Below, one piece after another: positions 9,683 through 17,600 of a DNA stretch of 64,000 bases. The notes under the pieces were generated by a model. The model was not told the DNA's origin. It saw only the letters and a list, made by a program, of their open reading frames with translations, and made no database searches. The DNA is taken from positions 3,072,001-3,136,000 of the forward strand of contig CAXXMB010000002.1 of the NCBI GenBank assembly GCA_963668675.2, given 5' to 3'. The translations under genes were made by a program, and so were the position numbers. Source of the DNA: an uncultured Desulfatitalea sp. Its GTDB lineage: Bacteria; Desulfobacterota; Desulfobacteria; Desulfobacterales; Desulfosarcinaceae. Within the stretch, counting starts at the first letter, position 1; the number at the start of each line of letters is the position of its first letter.

Positions 9683-9913
9683 CTAACTTTTTTTTAGAAT
9701 CCATTTCCACTTCTTTGTTTTAACAAAATAATCAAACAGGAAATAAGTTACAATTATACCAAAAAAAAATACAAATGCACCTGTTGTTAGAAATTCTTTC
9801 CGATTTAAAGCAATAATGAAACCACCAACAAAAGCCCAAAAAAATGAAATTAAAGCGACTACAGCAGTATACTTGACCAAATTAACCCTATTTTTACTAT
9901 CTCCTTTTTTCAT
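9683..9913 (-). CDS. Small 2-TM membrane protein, putative orphan immunity protein
   Basis: 76 aa, AT-rich, two hydrophobic segments, directly downstream of a truncated toxin-tip-like ORF. Confidence 0.55.
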   Translation of the reverse strand: MKKGDSKNRVNLVKYTAVVALISFFWAFVGGFIIALNRKEFLTTGAFVFFFGIIVTYFLFDYFVKTKKWKWILKKS

Positions 9914-9943
9914 GAATCTTCTTTCTTCTAAATCACAAATAAT

Positions 9944-10106
9944 TTATTCACAAGGTTTCGACCCGTTACTCTTATCTTCAGTTTCATCAAATATTATATC
10001 CAGTGCAGTATGGCATGCAAAGCATGAGGTCGTTAATTCTACCCCACCAACTATTATGCCAGCGTAAGGGTTCTTGGTTTCCGCACCTGCCTTCGCGCCA
10101 GTAATC
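9944..10106 (-). pseudogene. 5'-truncated ORF, putative orphan polymorphic-toxin C-terminal tip
   Basis: Frame ...ITGAKAGAETKNPYAGIIVGG...KPCE* abuts the element end at 10107; ends in PCx* like the RHS protein (GPCK*). Confidence 0.45.
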
Positions 10107-10159
10107 TGTGCGACATCATTAAATATGGCCCATTTTTTAAAGATAAATAGGGTAACACT

Positions 10160-10503
10160 TTCCCAACCCAGGGACGATTCGCAGACCAATCATCCCATCC
10201 CCATACTGAAGAACATCTTTGCTTATCTGGCAGACTCTTTTCATCGCTGATCCGTGGCAGTTCAATTTTGTTGGGTGCGCTGCGCGCCTCTATTGTATTG
10301 GGTTTTCTAAGGCATGGGCAGGAAGGCTTGAATAGACAATTAGTGGGGCGGAGGAAACAGCCGATTTAATCAAGCCGTTTCCTCCCGGGGCATTATTCAA
10401 TGCCACCTGCATCCGGCTATCCCTCGGCAGGTTGCTCCCCAGCAGAGCCTGCCTGCGTTTCACCGGATCGTAAAACCTTAAAAAGATACGGACATCATGT
10501 CAA
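10160..10503 (-). ncRNA. Putative structured non-coding RNA in the 3' part of the element
   Basis: Stems GGAGGAAAC/GTTTCCTCC (10350-10385), GGCATT/AATGCC (10389-10404), ATCCGG/CCGGAT (10411-10468) enclosing GGCAGG/CCTGCC (10426-10453). Confidence 0.5.
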
Positions 10504-11517
10504 TTACAACAAGACGGAACCGCTTTCCATTTCCGGTTTTTGGATGATAATCAAATTGTGCTGCTCCATCCACTTTCTGGCTGCGATGCGCCAAGCTGCC
10601 GGATCAATGGTTCGTTTTGAGAACTTGGCCGATATATCGGCCGCCAGATCCGTGATCCAGTCCCAGGCCTGGCGACGCTGGGATTTGGTATATCTTACCC
10701 GGTTCGATGCAAAATAGGATCGGCATGCGTTTTTTCCCGACAGGCTTCGACGGGGATGATGATTCAGCGCATGGGCTGCATTTTCGAGCAACAAAAAAAG
10801 CTCGCGATTGGTCTTGGCCAATGACTTTCATTTGCCGATCCAGGATTTTAATTCTCCCTGGCTGTGTTCGATCGCCCCGTTGTAACTGGCGCTGTAGCCG
10901 GGACTATTGAGCGGGATGATCATCAGCTCTTCCAAAATGGCATTTATGGCAAGATGATTCAGATTGCCGGCGTTATCCCTTTTTAAAAACAGGGGCGGGC
11001 CGAACCGGGTTAAATGACGGTCCAGATGTCCGGCGATCTCCTCTCCGCAGGGCATATGCACCGTGTTCAGGGGAGCGAACTTATAATGCGAACACAGATC
11101 CTGCAGGTTCTGGACATAGCAGTCAAGGTACTGCATCCCATCAAGCGCCCAGGCAATATCCGGGCAAAGCCAGCGTACCCGGCAAAGCTCCGCAGCAGAT
11201 GCCCGGTTTTGGGCCGATCGAGCCTGACGAACCATCTCGTTAAACTCCCGACGCGATATCCCATGGCGGTTGGCCTGATACAATCGACCGGTTCCAGTAC
11301 TGCGCTTTTTACCGTGATCCAGATCCTTGATCTGCTGTTCCAACTCTTGAAGATCAATCGGCGCCACCTTTTTTACACCAGGCTTTTTCACCGGGACATC
11401 CCCACATCGGATCCGACGTTTGTAACGTTTGTAGCTTGAAGCGCTCATGCCGGCAACGGCGGCCAGGTAGTCCTGGTCAACACCGTATCGGGATTTTACT
11501 GTTTCGATCCTTTCCAT
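10504..11517 (-). pseudogene. Second DDE integrase-core transposase-like ORF interrupted by an in-frame TGA
   Basis: WALD / KRDNAG / GAIEHS triad; track ORFs 10828-11517 and 10504-10821 are in the same frame, separated by TGA 10828-10830. Confidence 0.75.
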
Positions 11518-11533
11518 GATCTTTGGGATTTGT

Positions 11534-11878
11534 TCATTTTTTTTTGGTCCGATCCGTTTCGGATCGAAGGTTCAACTCGGCGGCCAGATCCTTCAGGGCC
11601 ATCTTTTGTTCTAGTAACTGATTTTCACGTTTCAAATCGTCAAGTTGTCTCTCCAGGTTCTGCTCTACTGTGGTGTCGGGCTTTTCCGGTCTGCCCGGCA
11701 CCTGGTCGGACAGACCGTCGAGTAGCGCAGCAAGGCCCCGCTGCTCCCACTTATAGTAGGTCTTGCGTGACACCCCCAGTTCGGCGGCCGCTTCACTGGC
11801 GCTCATCAGCCCACAGCGCACCTTCATGATCACCTGGGCCCGGTGTCTGGCCCTGGTCTGTTTCGATTGCCGGCCCAT
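11534..11878 (-). CDS. Helix-turn-helix protein (transposase OrfA-like) with coiled-coil tail
   Basis: SASEAAAELGVSRKTYYKW HTH; ends in an A9 tract before TGA. Confidence 0.8.
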   Translation of the reverse strand: MGRQSKQTRARHRAQVIMKVRCGLMSASEAAAELGVSRKTYYKWEQRGLAALLDGLSDQVPGRPEKPDTTVEQNLERQLDDLKRENQLLEQKMALKDLAAELNLRSETDRTKKK

Positions 11879-13361
11879 TTGAGGCCTCCGCGATTAGTTG
11901 GCTTTTTTCTGGATCCTTTTCAGGCGCTGGTCCAGCTTGACCAGGTTGCCGCTGTCCAGTTTCTTGTCGATCAATTGGAGCAGCCTGGGGTTCAACGGCT
12001 TGGCAGGGTCCTTCTTTCGTTTCGGGGACAAGGCGCTGAGCATCCCCTCCATGGCTTGGTTTTGCCAGCGGTCGAGCAGCGCCCAGCTCACCTGCATCTC
12101 TTTGCAAAGCTGTGACAGCGTCTTTTGTTCGGTCCAGATCGATAAAACGGCGGTGATCTTCTCTTTCGGGTCGAACACCCGGCGCGTTCTGGCTTTCATC
12201 TTCGGCCCCCTTGGTTGTATCGTAGATGAGTTCTTTGTTGTCGTCCACCAGCATTTTGACCTTGCCCTTTTCGGCGCGGATCACAACCGATTGATCGCCC
12301 ATGCGACCGACCATGTAAAACGGATCCCGTGGTTCTCCTCGCAAGGCCAGCTCCAGAGCGTTTTCTTCAACCCCTTTTTCCAGGGTCTTTTTCAAGGCGG
12401 TGGCGATCTCAAAAAACCGATCGGCCGGGCACAACCCCCCGATGCCCTGGTGGGGCCGCTTGTAGTTGTAGTACTTGATCCAAAAGGCAATCCGCGATGC
12501 GGCATCTTCAAAGCTGGTGAACTGGGCCCGTTGTAAAAACTCAGACAGGATCGTTTGCCAGAACCGTTCGATCTTGCCAAGCGTCATCGGATGATGGGGC
12601 CGGGAGCGGATGTGCTTGACTCGATCCTTGGACAGCTCCTTTTCAAAGCGGGTGGTCCCTCTCCAGTTGGTGTATTGACGGCCGTTGTCGGTGAGCATCT
12701 CTTTGGGAACGCCATATTCGCCCACAGCCTTTCTGTAGGTCTCGATCACGTGCTCGGCCGTCTGGCTGCGGTAAAATCCACAACCTGTGATATAGCGGCT
12801 GTAGTCGTCGATGTAGCCGATCAGATAGGCGTTTTTGCCCGCCAGACGGAAGGTTAAGATGTCCGACTGCCACAGCTGGTTCGGCGTGGCGCGTTCAAAA
12901 AATCGCGGCTTGGCCGGGTTCTTTTTGCGTTTCTTTTTTACCGGTTGGGTTAATCCCTGCTCATGCAGGGTGCGCTGGACGGTTGATGGCGAGGCTTTGA
13001 CCAGAAAAAACCGTTTGAGAATGTCCGAGATGCGCCGCGCACCCCGCGCCGGATCTTGCTTTTTAAGATCGATGATCGACTGGGTCACCGCCGCCGGCGT
13101 TTTGGCTACCGATCTTCCGCGCGCCTGGTTGACAAGACCTTGTCGCCCGTAAAGCCGGTAACGCTTGGCCCAGCGAAGGACACTGTCTTGGCTGATGCCA
13201 AACTGCTCGGCGAGCAGCCGGACCGGATACCCTTCCTCTTCGCGAAGCTTGGCAATCTTTAACCTGAACTCAATGGGAAAGGGGGCAACACATTTGCCAG
13301 TACCTTTTCCCTTTTTGCGCGATGGCTTTGCCTTGGTTTTCATCGGGTACACTCCTTTCAT
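11793..13361 (-). CDS. IS481-family-like DDE transposase with long C-terminal extension
   Basis: N-terminal HTH; RFFERATPNQLWQSD, LTDNG, GKIERF, YNYKRPHQGI; start may be 13343. Confidence 0.9.
   Translation of the reverse strand: MKGVYPMKTKAKPSRKKGKGTGKCVAPFPIEFRLKIAKLREEEGYPVRLLAEQFGISQDSVLRWAKRYRLYGRQGLVNQARGRSVAKTPAAVTQSIIDLKKQDPARGARRISDILKRFFLVKASPSTVQRTLHEQGLTQPVKKKRKKNPAKPRFFERATPNQLWQSDILTFRLAGKNAYLIGYIDDYSRYITGCGFYRSQTAEHVIETYRKAVGEYGVPKEMLTDNGRQYTNWRGTTRFEKELSKDRVKHIRSRPHHPMTLGKIERFWQTILSEFLQRAQFTSFEDAASRIAFWIKYYNYKRPHQGIGGLCPADRFFEIATALKKTLEKGVEENALELALRGEPRDPFYMVGRMGDQSVVIRAEKGKVKMLVDDNKELIYDTTKGAEDESQNAPGVRPEREDHRRFIDLDRTKDAVTALQRDAGELGAARPLAKPSHGGDAQRLVPETKEGPCQAVEPQAAPIDRQETGQRQPGQAGPAPEKDPEKSQLIAEASNGPAIETDQGQTPGPGDHEGALWADERQ
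11894..12199 (-). CDS. Small HTH_Tnp-like protein nested in the transposase tail (alternate frame)
   Basis: RRVFDPKEKITAVLSIW...LSQLCKEMQVSWALLDRW resembles an IS OrfA HTH; purine-rich RBS-like sequence upstream. Confidence 0.7.
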   Translation of the reverse strand: MKARTRRVFDPKEKITAVLSIWTEQKTLSQLCKEMQVSWALLDRWQNQAMEGMLSALSPKRKKDPAKPLNPRLLQLIDKKLDSGNLVKLDQRLKRIQKKAN

Positions 13362-13438
13362 TTTTCCTTGGTTTCTACTAACCGGAGTGTTACCCTATTT
13401 CCTCGATATCAAGGGGTCATCAATTGGAAATTAGCGCA

Positions 13439-13468
13439 GAGGCATGGAATGAGTATTTCGGAGCTTAA
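13439..13468 (+). pseudogene. 3' remnant of DUF4160-like gene (EAWNEYFGA*)
   Basis: Typical DUF4160 C-terminus overlapping the DUF2442 start; cut at the element end. Confidence 0.55.
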
Positions 13469-13724
13469 ACCCGGCGAACGGGTCAAAGATGTGCATTTTA
13501 CAGAGGACAGTTTAAGCGTTGACCTGATGGACGGCCGTACGATCAGCGTACCGCTGGCTTGGTTTCCCCGCCTCTTGCATGCCAATAAAAAGCAGCGCAA
13601 GAACTGGAAGACAAGCGGCGGCGGTTTCGGCATTCATTGGCTGGATATCGATGAAGATTTAAGCACCGAAGGTTTGCTTCGGGGCGCCCCCGCACCACGT
13701 CAAAACATTTCTAATGTAGCTTAA
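13449..13724 (+). CDS. DUF2442 domain protein (partner of DUF4160 in putative TA pairs)
   Basis: VDLMDGRTISVPLAWFPRL...GIHWLDIDEDLSTEGLL. Confidence 0.85.
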   Translation: MSISELKPGERVKDVHFTEDSLSVDLMDGRTISVPLAWFPRLLHANKKQRKNWKTSGGGFGIHWLDIDEDLSTEGLLRGAPAPRQNISNVA

Positions 13725-13963
13725 AAAGCGGTGCGTCTGCGTGCTCGGGCTTCAGCCCTTGATGGATCGTCAGGGCTTCCGCAGCCTGCGCTCGCAGCCT
13801 GCGTCTTTATTTGATGCCCACCCGGCCAACCCTTGATGGAATGCCGCCGCCAAAGGCAGTCATCAGCAATAGGGCCTGTCATGCCCCTTGCGTCTGATTA
13901 CATAATCAAACCTAAATTATCAGACAGTGCCTGGGCTATCTGATTTTTTAAAGGTACGGCACC

Positions 13964-13991
13964 GTCAATGATAATTCTGATTATGTAAACA
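13964..13991 (+). other. dif/Xer-like recombination site
   Basis: GTCAATGATAA-TTCTGA-TTATGTAAACA: 11-6-11 layout; right arm resembles the XerD arm TTATGTTAAAT. Confidence 0.45.
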
Positions 13992-14246
13992 GGAGCAAGG
14001 CCCACGCCAGGCCCGACGGGATGCCGTGCTTGGCTCGGGCTTTGGTGGGCTGCGGGATGCCGTGCAGGGCGGCGGCGTCTGATTCGATATCTATTCCCGC
14101 CCACCGCCCCAAAGGTATTTTATCTGATTTGATAAAACAAAAACGGCGGTTAAAGAAGAAGTTGATCCCCTCAAACCGCCGTCTATCAATGATTTTAATC
14201 AGCATGAGTCAAGGGCAGATCTGACCCCTTTCCCTTGCTTTTTGTT

Positions 14247-14642
14247 TCACTTTTTTTCCTTCATTTTGTCACGATAAATCAAAACTAACAAAGTGCAAAT
14301 TGAAAGAAAGAAGAAAGAAATAAGAATTATCTTTAATACATTAAAAAACTGCCCCTCTACAGGCACAAGCACAAAAAATACTACTAGTACCAGCATTAAG
14401 AAAATTGCAGCAACATAAAATATCACCACATTGTTTTTATTACAGTATTCTTGATGTTTATGAAACATATCAATCCGTTTGATACGTTTTTCAAACAACA
14501 AGTAAATGCTAATCATGCCAGTGAATAAAGTTAGAAGTCCAATAACCACAATATCGCCAGTAGACTTTGCGCTAAAAAGTCTTAAGCAAAGCAAAATGGT
14601 AATGATTATTGAGCTGAGTAAAGCAACCAATGATTTCGCCAT
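14247..14642 (-). CDS. Small multi-TM protein, putative cognate immunity protein of the RHS toxin
   Basis: Start overlaps the RHS stop codon; AT-rich; about 4 hydrophobic segments. Confidence 0.7.
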   Translation of the reverse strand: MAKSLVALLSSIIITILLCLRLFSAKSTGDIVVIGLLTLFTGMISIYLLFEKRIKRIDMFHKHQEYCNKNNVVIFYVAAIFLMLVLVVFFVLVPVEGQFFNVLKIILISFFFLSICTLLVLIYRDKMKEKK

Positions 14643-17600
14643 TATTTACAAGGGCCCTCATTCCCATATGCCGGGGTTGGGTCAACTATTACACTTCCCG
14701 CTTGACCGAATAGGCCGCCAAAGAACGACGCCAAAGCGCCTCCTTCTGCGCCTATCCCAACATTTAATCCAGCCGCAAAGTCACCAGCAGCAAGGCCTAA
14801 TGGCCCGACAATGCCAGCACCAGCTAATCCTCCCACAACAGCACCCACTGCAGCCCCTGATGCACCACCAACCAACGCAGATTGTGCAATTGCAGACCAG
14901 CTCCCCCCTGTTACTGCTGAACCAATAGCACCTGAGATTGCGCCAGCTATTCCACCAGCAATAGCACCGCCAACTGCACCTCCAACTACCGTGGCAAACT
15001 CTCCATTTGGATCGATGTAATTCACCGGATCATTTTGGACATACCCATACAAATCCGAATCACCACCCAAAAATCCTATAGGATCCTTGGCCGTCCATCG
15101 TCCCGTATCGGGATCAAAATCTCGATATCCAAACCGAACCAACCCAGTATCGGCATCATACAGGCCTCCGGCAAAACCAATAGGCATTATGAACGATTCA
15201 TTCGTATCATCGATAACATTGCCAAACGCATCATACTCAATTATCTTTACACTGTTTCCAGCATCATCAACAACTACTCTCAGAGACCCGACCTGATCGT
15301 AACCCAGAAAATACCTTGCGCCTCCGGATGTCATGGCAACTGGGGTTCGGGCGTCAGCGTATTCGAAGCGATATATGAGGTTGTCAGATCCATCGTACAC
15401 AGCCAGAAGTTTTGTCAGCCCCTCCCAAAGATACTTTTCAACGATAACACCATCAACAAGTTTGGCTATTCTCCTGCCGACAGGATCGTTGATATAAGAA
15501 ATTATACGCCCATCCGGCAGGATGACTTGCATAAGCTCCCCTCGTGTCGAATAGGTATATAGGGTCTCCTGCCCTGCAGAGTTCTTGCTCGTCAGAAAAC
15601 CATCCAAGTCATACGAATAGGTCGTATCACCAGAGGTCAGCAGGTGGTCCTCGTCCGAATAATTGAAGCTTCGACTGGTAATGCCTCTGAGGGTGTTATC
15701 CTCCGATATTCGCGTGCCGGTCACATCGTAATGGTAGTCTTCGACAAGGCTTCCATTTCGCGTCACCGTCCTTAATCGCCCGACGGCATCATATGTATAT
15801 CCAAAATGAGTTCTTACACCACCTACCGTTTCGGTTTTGACTGTAATACGGCCGGTGTTGTCCCTAAAAGCACTCCAGCCAATGGCCAATTGGGAGTTCA
15901 CATCTACATATTGTGATTCTTGCTCGCCGTAACCGTTAAAGCCTCGTTCCATATTCAGGCCCCGACCGGAGACCGATTCGGGTAAACCGTTTTGAGCAGT
16001 CCGTGTAATGGTATACCCGCCTGCCCCGGTAAGCAAGCCGTCCAGATCGTAGCTGTAACTCTCTGTTGTACCAGCGTATGCAAGGGTTTGTTTCTCAAAA
16101 TTGCTGTTATAAGAATAACGATTGCTTTGGTTCAGCACACCGGTGAGGATCACATCGGTCAACAGTTTGCCATCATAGAGATATTCGACAGAGTTTGAAC
16201 CATCGTAGATGGTACTGATCTTATTGGCGCAGCTGTAATCCAAGTCGATATTGCGTTCGGGAGTTTGGATCTGATCAATTCTACCGGACTCATAAACATT
16301 TATGATTTGTCGACCGGAAGGCAATGTTGTTTGTATAAGATTTCGGTCACGGTCATAAAGATAGCTATAGCTCCCACTTGAGGGGGCTTGATAGCCGCTT
16401 TTCAGATTGACGCCATTGTAGCTGAAAATGTGATCCACAATGGCAGGGTTGGTTAAAACCGTCATATTGCCATTGTCGTCATACTCAAACCAAAGGGAGT
16501 TGCCATCAGGGCTGTGGATGGCATTAAGTCGTCCGACCTCGTCAAAATCATAATCAGTGGTGTGCGATTCTGCGTCAGTAACCAAGTCAGGATAACCGTT
16601 TGCATCGTATGCAAAAGAGACACCCCTTGTGCCAATTGCCATTGAGTCCATTCTTCCACGGCTATCGTATCCGTACACCTTGTCATACAAACCCGATGTG
16701 CTTTCACTTAGAATAGATAGGGTGTTGGGATCGTATGAAACCGTTACGGTCCGATCTTCTGGGGTTGTAAATGTTATTTCCGCAGCAAGCGTGTCCTGCA
16801 CCGCTGTAAAAACCCTTCCATTTATGGCTACTGTTTCAGTAATTGAATCTATGACATCGTCACTGTCTGTATCCTCATAATTCTTCTGTCTGACTGTTTC
16901 ACGCGTTAAAAGTGCTGGCGTAATCTCATTCATTTGACGGACAAATTTATCGCCATATTGTGGATCAAAATCGTACTGGAACGCATTTTCCATGCCGCAA
17001 GAGAGGTTTTTGGTAACGCTCATTCCGTCACGCGATTTTTCGAAAAGGGTCTGACCTCCGCTCTGGCCGGTAATCGTGCTCGTATAAACGCCATTATCGT
17101 CGAAGTGGTCCAAATATATGGTAAGGTTGTTTTCTGCCGTCAGCACCTCAGTTTGAATATCGTTATTTTCGAGTATGGTTCGTAAGTATTGCCAGTTACC
17201 GCCTTCGTCGTCGGTCGAGCTTATCAGTCTTCCATTTACGTCATATTGATGTCCAAAACTGTTCCCCACCGGCTCCTCTTTACCGGTAAGCAGCCCACCC
17301 TCTGTATACGCAAAATGATATGTGCTGTTGTTTGGATAGGTGATGCTGTCCAACTGGCCGCTGATTCCCACTGATAGGATCGTGACCAAGCCATCCGGTG
17401 AGATGATGCTCAAAGGCACACCATCGGCATCACGTTGAATTGTGGTTTGGTTACCGAACTGGTCAGTCATTGAGACCAATTTTCTGTCTTCATCGTATCC
17501 GAATGTCAACAAAACTACGCCGGTATTTAGATCAACCGTGGACTGGTGAAGTCCATTGGCAGAAATTACGTATCCGAGACCATTTGACTCGGTAAAAAGA

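Larger units (their letters stand above)
10107..13438 (-). mobile_element. Multi-ORF IS481-like element (two DDE ORFs + two HTH ORFs + non-coding tail)
   Basis: TG...CA ends; 53-bp ungapped imperfect inverted repeats 10107-10159 / 13386-13438 sharing exact AAATAGGGTAACACT; no target duplication; truncated genes on both flanks. Confidence 0.8.

Noticed and set aside
10310..10320. AGGCATGG in the ncRNA region matching the right flank (13440-13447) as a possible guide
   Set aside because: Only 8 nt and expected by chance; no matching segment for the other flank
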